Shown: positions 32,040 through 43,700 of the stretch, one piece after another
Numbering within the stretch: position 1 is the stretch's first letter
Layout of the letters: each line of letters begins with the position of its first letter
From: Prorocentrum cordatum
Taxonomy: Eukaryota
Assembly (NCBI GenBank): GCA_963575745.1
Contig: CAUYUJ010000103.1
Location: 620,001-669,881 of the forward strand
DNA: 49,881 nucleotides
Direction: 5' to 3'
Notes under the pieces: generated by a model
Seen by the model: only the letters and a program-made list of their open reading frames with translations
The model's database searches: none
What the model was told of the DNA's origin: nothing
Position numbers and translations under genes: made by a program

Positions 32040-34700
32040 GTCAGAGGAGGAGATGTGCTTTCCTCCCCCCCGTCCTCCTCTTCCTCCTCCTCCTCCTCCT
32101 CCTCCTCCTCCGCCTCCTCCTCCTCCTCCTCCGCCTCCTCCTCCTCCTCCTCCTCCTCCTCCTCCTCCTCTTGATCCACTCAGCTAGCGCAGCGTTTCAC
32201 CCTCCATGTCGCCTCGCTGCTTGAGACTGTGTTCCTGCCCACGGGCCGGACGGCGTGTGGCTTGTGAGTGAGTGAGTACCTGATACCCTTGCCTCGTTTC
32301 GGAAGCCTTGGGACGGGGGTCAATGCAAACGGGGTCCGCCAGAGCGCCAGATCTTGCAGGATCCTGCAGAGCCAGGGTTGCCTTGGCCCGGGCTTGCGTG
32401 TAGGATCTTGCAGGATCCTGCAGGATCTGGCAGGATCCTTCGAAGCCTGACTGACCCGGGTTTACGGGATGCTGCGGGCCCGTAGATCCCCGATCGTGGT
32501 CTCCCTTTGGAGCCTCCTGGGAGGCCTTCGCCCGCCACCGCTGGATTCGCCTCGAGATCTTGGCCGCGAGCGCACCCTTAAGGAGAGGTCCGGAGAGTAG
32601 CGGCCTTGGTATTTGCTGGTCCCGTGCATGGACAATGAGCTCGAGCCCTGCAGCGCAAGATGCCCTCCCAGGCCCCACAAAGTGATGTTGAGGGTGCAGC
32701 GCCAGAGGGGGCTTGGATGGGCAAAGCAATCGAACCCCCAAACCATCACCGATGCTAAAACCAGCGTTGATTTCGGGGGCTGGGGGGTACTGAACATCCC
32801 CCTCAAGTGTGTGAGGGTTCGAATATGTTGTCCACGCACTGTCCCCCCCGCAGGGATCCCCCGCAGCGCCACCCCCAGCGCCCCCGGCGGCTGTGGGCGG
32901 CGGCCCAGCAGGCACCGACCAGGTCGCCATGAGGGAAACGGGTCCTGAGAGGAACGGGTCCTGCGGTTTCTGTCGCTGTTTTTCTGGCCTCGCGGGGCCC
33001 TCCACGCGCCCTGGTAGTGTCAGAATACGACTCGGGATGATGCACCGGTCCTGGGGGAAGGCCCTGGGGTCCAGGACTCGTTTCCCTCGGGGCCCGCTCC
33101 CTTCTCATGCTGGCCAGGCCACCATGGATCTCCTGACCCACGTCATGCAGCAGCTGGGGCAGCGGGAGGGCCACGTGCTCCTCCTGAGCGACCTCGGGGC
33201 GCTGCTCCCTCCGGACCTGCGCAGTCACGTGAAGGAGCGCGGCGGCCTCCGCAGCACGCTCCAGCGGTTCGGCCAGCTCTTCTCGGTCACCGGCAATCCT
33301 GGCAAGGAGTGCGTGCAGCTGGACTTCCGCATACGCGGTGGTCTGGCACCAGCGACCGGGCTCGCCGCATCTGGGACCGGCACTGCCGCATCGTCGCCAG
33401 CTGCGCGGATCGCGGCTGGAGGTGCTCCCGTCGGCCAACGTCAAGTCGGGCACGTCCCTCTACAGGAGGAGTATTCCAAAATTTTCAAGAATAGTCTGGG
33501 GACGATTTTTCATAGTATTTCTGACTACCTTTGAATATTTTTGGGGTTATTTTTCTTCTTTCATCTAGGGGGACACGCCCGACCTGAGGCCAACGCGACG
33601 AGAGCGATGGCGACGACTCGGCGCTGCAGCTGCGCGGGCTGCCCTACCGCGCGACCGCGGGGGACGTGCGGGCCTTCCTCGGCCGCCACGCGAAGAACCT
33701 GCAGGACGACGCAGGCGGCCAGTCCATCACCCTGGTGATGAACCGCGAGGGGCGCCCGTCGGGCTTCGCCAACGTGCGGCTCAGCTCGCCCCAGGCGGCC
33801 CGGGCCGCGCGGGACGAGCTGCACAACAGGCTGATGGAGGTAGCGCCGGACGATGCTGGCCCGAGGGCCACCGCGACAAAGGCGAACCGCTACGTGGAGG
33901 TGTTCCTGTTCTCGGAGCGTCCGAGCAAGCCGCGCTCCAAGAAGGATAAGGCGGTCGACATGCTCGCGGAGCAGTCCGCCGAGCCAGGCGTTTGCGGCAT
34001 CACCGCGGAGCAGGTGTACGCCGAGTGCTGCGCCTACATGTCAACTCCAGGCCGGGGGCAGCTGCTCCTCAGCATGCTGGGCGTGGCCTTGTCGCCAGCC
34101 GCTCGGAGCTACCTCAAGAGGACCGACCAGGGCCTCAAGCAGTTCTTGCTGAAGCATCCGCAGGTGCTCGCGGTGGAGGGCGCGAAGGGGCGCGAGAGCA
34201 TCACGTACCTCCCGACCATGCCCACCCAGTGCAGCGAGCTCAGATACGAGATGGACGGCCACAGCGCGATGGCAGCCTTTCTGCAGGAGTCCGAGCTGGG
34301 AGTTTGTCCATGGCCGCCGCCTGATCGGTCGATCTTCGGGGACCTCGGCAGGCGGTGGACATGGACATGTTCGGGCCGGGGGGGCGGGGAATCTGTGATT
34401 CCCGGGTCGAGGGTTCACTGCCCCCGCCCCTGATGAGATGGGCCCTAGGGTTCCACAGCCCCCCCCCAACCCCCAGATAGGATGGGGGGGCGACGACGAC
34501 GCAGACGCCGACGCCGACGCCAACGCCGAATGACGCCGACGCCGACGCCGCCGACGACGACGACGATGACGACGACGGCGACGCAGAGACAGACGCAGAT
34601 GCAGAGGCCGACGCCGACGACGCCGACGCCGGAAGACGACGACGGAGGCCGACGCCGACGACACCGCCGCCGCCGCCGCCGACGACGACGATGACGACGA

Positions 34701-34740
<40 letters not shown>

Positions 34741-37700
34741 AGAAGACGACGACGACGACGCTGACGACGACGACGACGCCGACGACGACGACGCCGACGA
34801 ACCACCCCACACCCACGGCGGGGGGGGGAGCGATCCCGCGGGGGGGGGAGCGATCCCACTCGCCTTCGCGAGGCTCACGGGCGAAACGTATGTCAGGCGA
34901 TCGCTGGGCCCCCCCGGCGGCGCCTCCGGCGCCGCCCCTGGCGCGCTCCGCGCGCCAGGCAGGGGGGGTCCAGCGCAGATCCCGGACTTTCGCGCGGAGC
35001 GCCAAAAGTTGATGATCATGTCGTTTTTCTTCCTCTCTCACAGGCCAGGCGATCGCAAACACGGATCAAGGGGGCGTGGATTAGCGACGGGTCCCATTTC
35101 CACGGGAAGTCGCGGGCTTCCCGCCGCCGAACGAGGCGGCACCGGCCGCATTTGGGGATGTACCTCCCCCGATCCATGGATGCGGCGACCGCGCGCCACA
35201 TCCATGGATCGCTAATCCATGTTTGCGCGCCCCCGAGCACGGCTGGGGAGGGGGGGCTCGATCCCATATGCATGGGGAGGGGGGGGGGCGCCACCTTAAA
35301 CCGAAGGTCCATACCCACCGCCTGCCGAGGTTCCCGAGCAGCAATCCCCAGGCGGTGGTCAGGGGCGCAATCGACGTCGCCCGAACGTGTTTGCGCTGTG
35401 GAAACGTCGCCCCCAGAAGAGCGGCGAGCGGGCCCTCTCTAAGACATCTTATCGTCCGTGTCCGGTGTCGGGCGCTGTTCGGCCATGCCGCTGGGGTGAC
35501 GACCTGTGTTCAGGCTGCTAGCTGCTAGTATGATACGATCTGAGCTGGCGGCACGCTCCCAAGGAGGGCACGTGGTACCAGTAAATCCGTCCGCGCTCCC
35601 AAACCCCTGCTCCGCAAGGAGGCGTACTGGACGTCGCAGCAGCAGCAGCCGACGGAGCGCGCGCACGCGCTGGAGTGCGGCAGCCCCGGCGGCCTGCAGG
35701 CCCACCAGCGGGCGCCCGAGCGCGCGCACGAGAGCGACGGCATCAAAGACCTCCAGCAGGAGCTCTCTCCGTGAAGCACTTGATGGGATGCTGCATCTCC
35801 CAAGCTGTCCGCCGCCTCGCGGTGTGCGTGCGGCGGACGCGGCGGAAAGCTTGAGCGATCCATCCCACAAAACGCATCCGCGGCCTGCAGGCCCACCAGC
35901 GGGCGCCCGAGCGCACATACGAGAGCGGCAGCATCAAAGACCTCCAGCAGGAGCTCGCCATGAAGCAAACGTGTCCTGAGCCGAGGAACCAAAAAGTCAA
36001 GTAAACGTAAACTTTCGGGGCTCCGCGCGGATTTCTGGGATCGGCGTTGGCCCCCCCCCTGGCGGCGCCTCGGGCGCCGCCCCTGGTGCGCTCCGCGCGC
36101 CAGGGAGGGGTTGTTTCCGCCTTGCTGTTCGTTCCTCTGCAGAGCAACGGGTGCTGAGGTGTTCCGCCCTTGTGGAGCTCCGTGGGCCCTCTTCACGGGC
36201 CCCGGGCCCGTCGAACAGCTGTTCGCCTTGGGGAGGGCCCCGGGGCCCAGGACCCATCTCCCTCCGGACCTTCTTGCCTCATGCCCAGGAGCGCCTCCTT
36301 GCCAGCCCGACGGCGCCCGCGCCCGCGCGCGCGCACGGGACACCGGTGCGGGGGACTCCCGGCTCGTCCGAGGCGGCGCCGAAGTGGTTCGAGAAGACGC
36401 CCAGCATCTGGGGCGACTCCCCGGCCGTGGCCCCGTGCACGACGGGAGCACGTGCTTGGCAGCCGCCGGCCCTGCTGCCAGAGCTGGGGGGCGACGCTGC
36501 CCTGCACGGGGCCGCCCCTCGTCGTGGGCGGTGAACATATACGGTGGGGGCGTTCGTTCGGGAGTGTGCCCAGGATGCTTCAGACCCTGGAGGATTGCTT
36601 GTGGCATCCATGGCCAATCCACGATTGGACTTCCAGCAGGAGGACGAGGACGAGGAGGAGGTGGAGGAGGAGGAGGAGGATGAAGGGAGGAGGAGGAAGG
36701 AGGAGGAGGAGCAGGAGGAGGAGGAGGAGGAGGAGGAGGAGGAGGAGGAGGGAGGAGGAGGAGGAGGAGGAGGTTCCAGACCCTGGATTCCTCACCCACT
36801 GGTTCCGTATCCAATGCCCTCACCGTATCCACGTCGACGCCTGCGCGGGCCGGGCCCCTGGGCCGCGACCCCATGGATGCGGGGCGTGTTTTCGCGGGTG
36901 CCCCGCGCGGAACGTACCCCTGCGACCGCGTGTCCACGAGACCGCGCCCCGGAACCCAGATCGCTATGGCGTGGATCTGTATCTGCTCACCGCTCGCGAC
37001 CGCAGGCCGGCATGCCCGCCGGGGGCGCCTTCGAGGGCCTGGGCCCGTTCAAGTTTGGCCTCCCGTCTGCGCCGTGGGCGCTGTCACAGCCAGCGGGGTT
37101 CCTGCCGCAGTACGACTGCTTCCATGAGGCCCCTTTTGACCGCCCTCTGGGACGCATGAGCTAACTGACTTGAAGGCTTCTACCGCATGCAAGTTTCCGT
37201 GTTCGTTCATAGAGATCGGAAGCGTCTTTCTTGGGCACATACACACAAGACAAAGAAACGCCCTTCAGGCTCCGCCGTCGCCCTGGACGGGCCACGCCGC
37301 GGAGATAGCGCAGGCCCTGACCGACCACTCCGCATGGCTGCACCAGAACCCCTACGGCAGAGGGAAACAATCAATTAGTGGACACTCCCCCTCTCCCCCA
37401 ACCCTCGAAGTTGGCACGCGCGGGGGAGACTGCGGTCGAAGTGCAACCCATCGGACCCACCGCCAACTTTGAACATCGGGGGATGGGGGAGGCGTTGACC
37501 GATGAATGCGGCATGCCTGTGCGCTATTTTTTGTCCGAGGCTCGTACCTGGGGTGCCACACGGGGCTGACGATGCCCGGCGCCGGTGAAGGCGCCGCGCC
37601 CGGGGCGGAGCCAGCCGAGCCCGCTCGCCGCGTGAAGCTGCGCGGGCTGCCGTTCGATTCGACGGATCAGGACGTCTACTGCTTCTTCTCCAAGTACGAC

Positions 37701-40700
37701 GTGGTGGACACAATAGCCTGTGGGCCCGGTGCGGTCCAGCTGCTCACGAAGCCCAACGGCCGGAAGTCGGGCATAGCCATGGTGACGCTGGGCGCCCAGG
37801 CAGACGCCCGCAGGGTGCGAGACGTGCTGCAGGGCAAGATGATGGGGACGCGCTACATCGAGGTCTTCGTTGCCACCGAGGGCGAGGAAGAGAAGCTCGA
37901 GGCGTCTGGCAAGCAGGCCTCCAAGGCTCACCACCCAGGCCCACCAAACCACCCCAACCCAACCCGAAGGCCTCCATGTGCCCTCCGTTTCCAGTGGGGG
38001 GGGGTCGAGGAACATTGGAAAGACGCATGAAACCCGTACAGTGAGCGGCTTGAATAAGGAACACTTACTTTTCAAAAGGGGCTCGGTCGTTCCTTAGGTT
38101 TTACATGCGTTATTTACAGTTCCTTATGCGTTATCTATTATTTATCGTTTCTTATGCGTTATTCCTTGGGATGAAGAGGGGCTTCGTTCCTTATTTATCG
38201 TTCCTTAGGTCAGGCCGATGACTGTACCTCCCCCGACCCGAAACTCGGGTCAGCTTCGGGTCTTCGGGTTGGATTGGGGTGGTGGTCTGGTCGGTAGCCA
38301 AAGGCAGGCAGAGGTGGCAGCGCCGCCGCGGCCGGCTCCAGGGCGCCGCAGCCGCCGCCGCCGCCGCCGCAGCCGCAGCCGTCGCAGCGGCGGGCGCCCG
38401 AACCGCCGGCCCCGCAGGGGGCGCGCCCGCCGCGCTGCTGCGTGTCCCCGCCGCGCAGCCCCGGGCCCGCGGCGGCCGCCTTCGGCACGGGCACCCCGGA
38501 GATGCGGCAGCGGGTCAGGTCCGGGGCTCGCGCAGACGTGCTCGCGTCGTAGGACACAAATCCGGCTGCCGCTCTTTTCGGCCCCCCAGGGGGGCCCCTC
38601 GCGTCGTAGAACAAAAATCCGGCTGTCGCTCTTTTCGGCCCCCCCAGGGGGGCCCTCTCGCCAGGCCCAGGGACCGTGACAAAACGACGCAGGGTGAAAA
38701 ACCGGTCCTCGGGAAAGGGTCGGGACTTCCAGGGGCGCCGCACCGAAAAAATCAGGACGTCGCATGTCTGGGTTCGGGGCTCACGTAACTCCAGGCATCC
38801 CAGATGGGGTCGGAGCAGATGGAGTCGCAGGATCGTGCCGCATCGCCGATGCGGCTCGATGCGGAGCCCGATTTCTCCACGCCGACGTCTTCGATGCATC
38901 GCCAGCGTCGCTGGTGTACATATGGCCAATGCATCGCCGATGCATCGGCGATGCATCGCCGATGTAACGGCGATGCGGCGGTATCCTCCGATCCCATCCA
39001 CTCGTACACCATCTAGGAGGCCTCTAGTAACGGGGGCAAGCGCTGACGGGGATCAGCCAATCCCCTCTGGCCGACGCAGGTTCGGGGAGCCACGTGGGCG
39101 ACGCAAAGAAGCGCGGTCGTCTTCACCGACACTGGCGCGTCAGCTTCCCGCGCAGGTTCGGGGAGCCACGTGGGCGACGCAAAGAAGCGCGGTCGTCTTC
39201 ACCGACACTGGCGCGTCAGCTTCCCGCGTAAGGTCGCACGTGAGCGCCCTCGTTTCAAGTGTGGTGTGCCGCGCGGGCGGCCCGCGTAAGCCACCGTGCA
39301 GGGCCGCCGCGTCATCTCACGCGAGACGCGTCGTCGCCCACGTCGGGCCGGTTCCCCTTTTCTGCCCTCCGCTGACCTGGGCCTCCTCCTCCTCCTCCTC
39401 CTCCTCCTCCTCCTCCTCCTCCTCCTCCTCCTCCTCCTCTTCGTCGCCTCCTCCCTCCGCCTCCTCCTCCTCCTCCTCCTCCTCCTCCTCCTCCTCCGCT
39501 GACCTGGGCCTCGGAGTTGCCAAGGAAGTGGCCAGCCGGGCTTCGCGACAGGGCCCTGGCCGACGGGGGGGTGGGGGGTGACCCAGTGCAGTTCGAGCAG
39601 GAGATCGAGTTGAGAACTCATGTGCTCCAAATCTGACTTGTGCGACGAATCCACAAAGTATGCGCGGCCTGCCCGAAGATCAACGGCGCCCTGGCTGGTC
39701 TGCGCATTCAGCGATTGTGGCTTTGTCTGGTTGAGCTTCTCTTGCCCCCCGTCTTGCGGCGGCGAGCGAGGGGGGGAAGTGAGAGGGAGAAGGCCTCCTC
39801 AGAAGGCGGCGGGACCTCTCAGAAGCCCTCGCGCCTTCTAGGAAGTTGTTCTGTCTTCGGGGAAGGCTTGGAAAACTTCTCAGCAGGCCGGGGGACTTCC
39901 GAGCCTTCTGAGAAGGCCTTCTCCTTCTCTCGGGGGCAACGATAGAGGGAGATAGGCATAGGGCATAGGGGGGGTGTGCATCGATCCCCAATCGCCCATT
40001 GATCGCCCATACGGGCCCGATAGCCCCAACCTGCCCGGTCTCCGGTGCGAACTCATTACCGGAGGCCCATCGCCGATCTGTCGGCGATGCATCGCCGATT
40101 CCAGGTCGATGCTCCCCCCCTATCCCTACCCCCCCCTATCGTTGCCACTCCTTCTCACTTCCCCCCGAGGCTCGCCGCCGAGTCTTCCTCGCCTCCTCCC
40201 TCCTCCCCTCCTCCTCCTCCTCCTCCTCCTCCTCCTCCTCCTTCCTTCTCCTCCTCCTCCTCCTCCTCCTCCCTCTCCTCCTCCTCCTCCTCCTCCTCCT
40301 CCTCCTCTCCTCCTCCTCTTCGTCGCCTCCCTCCTCCTCCTCCTCCTCCTCCCTCCTCCTCTTCCTCCTCCTCCTCCTCCTCCTCCTCCTCCTCCTCCTC
40401 CTCCTCCTCCTCCCTCCTCCTCCTCCTCCTCCTCTCCTCCTCCCCCCCCTCCCCCTCCCTCCTCCTCCTCCTCCTCCTCCTCCTCCTCCCTCCTCCTCCT
40501 CCTCCTCCTCCTCCTCCTCCTCCTCCTCCTCCTCCTCGCCCGTCGGCGTCGGGGCGCCGCGGCCTCGCCCGGGCAGTCACTACCACGGGGCTGCAGCTTT
40601 AAAAGTCGGGCGCGCCCCTCTGCAGGAGGAACAGATCCAGAAACAGTCAAACCATAGTCCTCGTCCTCCTCCTCCTCCTCCTCCTCCTCCTCCTCCTCCT

Positions 40701-43700
40701 CCTCTCTCCTCCTCCTCCTCCTCCCTCCTCCTCTCTCCTCTCCTCCTCCTCCTCCTCCTCCTCCTCCTCCTCCTCCTCCTCCTCCTTCTCCTCCTCCTCC
40801 TCCAGAAACAGTCAAACCATAGTCTGGGGGCGAATTTCCGATTTTTAATGACCACTTTGGGGTATCTTTTGACTATTTTTTTGGTCGTCCAGCATTCCGC
40901 CTGTAGGGGGACACGCTCGACCTAACCACAGCTCCGCCATCGCGCCGGCAGCGACCGCATCGTTCGTGACCCAGCTGGTGGACCATGCGGCAGTCTCTCC
41001 CCGCGGGCTGCGGCCTGATCCCCTCCGGCAAAGGGGACCAAAAAGTGGAATCCCTTCGTCTTCGACCCCGCGTTCGCCTGCCCCCCCTCCCCCCAATGTC
41101 AGAGTTGGCTTCGGCCTCCCGGAGGCCCCTGGCGCTTCCACTTTGTTTGTCCTCTCACGCCTGTGCTGCCGAATGCTTGGGGCCTACTTTGGAATTGGGG
41201 GGAAGGGGGGGCGCGATGTCAAGGGTTCCACTTTTTGGTCCGTCTACGGTCCCTTGCTCTCCGGTTGCGCTTCATGGAAGACATGTTCATAGATCCACGA
41301 ACAATCGCTGCGTATTGTTCGTAGGTTCGACGAACGAGTCGATTGACCCCCAATCAGAGCTTGCCTCTCTAGGGGTCCTAGCGGATTCACATGGTTAGGT
41401 GAGGCATGGCGCCGATTTCCGCGGCACGCCCGGGTGCCCAGGTGCCCGGTAGCCTTCCAACTAGCCCTGTAGCCCTACAGCCTCATAGCCCCCAATAGCC
41501 CTGTCCATCGCCGTTTTTCGTAGGTTCGACGAACGAGCCGATTGTGGGGTACACGAGTTTTGTGGTCGATCTCCTGCCCGATCAGTGCTAGGGGAACAAA
41601 AAAGTGGCATAAACATAAAAACTCGGAGGTCCGCGCGGATTTCTCGGATCGGCGCTGGCCCCCCCCTCCCTGGCGCGCGGAGCGCGCCAGGAGCGGCGCC
41701 GGAGGCGCCGCCGGGGGGCCCCAGCGCCGATCCGAGAAATCCGCGCGGACCTCCGAGTTGTTATGTTTATGTTACTCCGAGAAATCCGAGTTTTTTTTTA
41801 TGTTAATCCGAGTTTAGAAATCCGCCGATCCGAGAAATCCGAGTTTAGAAATCCGCCGATCCGAGAAATCCGAGAAATCCGAGTTTTTATGTTTATGCCA
41901 CTTTTTGTTCCCCTGTGATCCGTGCGCCCCCGACAGGTGGAGCGACCTGAGCAGCCCGAGCCCCTTCCCCGACACGGGCGGCACCGGCGGCGCTGCGCCC
42001 CCCGCGCCGTGGGAGAAGGCCGCGGCCGCCACGCCGCGGGGCGCGCTCGAGCACCTCCAGGCTCGACTGCGCGTAAGGTTCTGTCGAGCGTGTCCCCCTA
42101 CAGGGGGATCTTCGACGAAAAATAACAAATACCCCCAAAGTACAACAAAAAGGCAAGAACAACCACAAAAAAGATGCAAAAAGAGTCCCCAGACTATTTT
42201 TGGATTATTTTTGATTATTTTGGGGGTATTTTTTATTTTTCGTCGAAAATCCCCCTGTAGGGGGACAGGCCCGACTGAAGCGTAAGGGTGGCCCTTCGCC
42301 AGAGTGACCTCCCCAGACCTCCTCGGGTAACGAAAAAATCATGACGGGAGGTCTTTTGCTATTTCTGGCCACTGGGGGCCCTTGCCGGCCCTCGGGACCG
42401 TCAAAAAACAATTCAGGATGAAGAACCGGTCCTGGGGAGGGGGTCGAGACCTCCATGGGCCGACGTCATGAAAAATTATGACGTCGGGGGTCGGGGTCTA
42501 GTATCGCTTAACCGATCCCCATCCCCATACCCATCCCCATCCCCTTCGAGACCCCCACCAAATTACCGCCCAGTTGGGGATACACCCCTCGAAGCCCGAA
42601 GGGAGCGGCCTGTATCCCCATCTAGGGGGATAAATCGGCCAGTGGGGCCCAGGCCACGCCGCTGGGGATAGGGATCGGTTAAACGATACTCAGTAGGGGT
42701 TGCCCTTCGCCAGAGTGACCTCTGGAGCAGGCTCACCTCTCAGAAGAAAATGATGCCATAAACACAAACTTTGGGCGCTCCGCGCGGATTTCCTGGACCC
42801 GCGCTGGGCCCCCCCCGGCGGCGCGCGGATTTCCTGGACCCGCGCTGGGCCCCCCCGGCGGCGCTGGAGGCGCCGCCCCTGGCGCGCTCCGCGCGCCAGG
42901 CAGGGGGGTCCAGCGCAGATCCCAGACATTCGCGCGGAGCGCCAAAAGTTGATGATAATGGCGCTTTTCTTCCTCTCTCTCACAGGTCAGGCGATCGCAA
43001 ACACGGATCAAGGGGGCGTGGATTGGCGACGGGTCCTGCTTCCATGGGAAGTCGCGGAGTCCCGCCGCCGAACGAGGCGGCACCGGCCGCCTTCTGGGGA
43101 GGGCACCTCCCCCGATCCGTGGATGTGGCGACCGCGCGCCAAATCCGTGGATCGCTGGATGCCTGCGCTCCTCCTCCCTCCTTCCTCGCTCCTCCTCCCT
43201 CCTTCCTCCTCCTCCTCCTCCTCCTCCTCCTCCTCCTCCTCCTCCTCCTCCTCCTCCTCCTCCTCCTCCTCCTCCTCCGCCTCGAGCTTCCTGGGACAAC
43301 TGGGGGGGGCTGGGCGCCCCCCCCCGGGGGCGGGTCTGCGGGCCCCCCCCGCGTCGCCCAACACGCCTGGACGTGGCCGCGCCCGCGGCCCCGCGCGCCT
43401 CGCAGCCTGGAGGCCACTCCCGCACTCATTGTAGGGGCCGCTCCTCCTCCTCCTCCTCCTCCTCCTCCTCCTCCTCCTCCTCCTCCCCTCCTCCTCCTCC
43501 TCCTCCTCTCCTCCCTCCTCCACTCCTCCCTCCTCCTCCTCCTCCTCCTCCTCCTCCTCCTCCTCCTCCTCCTCCTCCCCTCCTCCTCCTCCTCCTCCTC
43601 CTCCTCCTCCTCCTTCCTCCTCCTCCTCCTCCTCCTCCTCCTCCTCCTCCTCCTCCTCCTCCTTCCTCCTCCTCCTCCTCCTCCTCCTCCTCCTCCTCCC

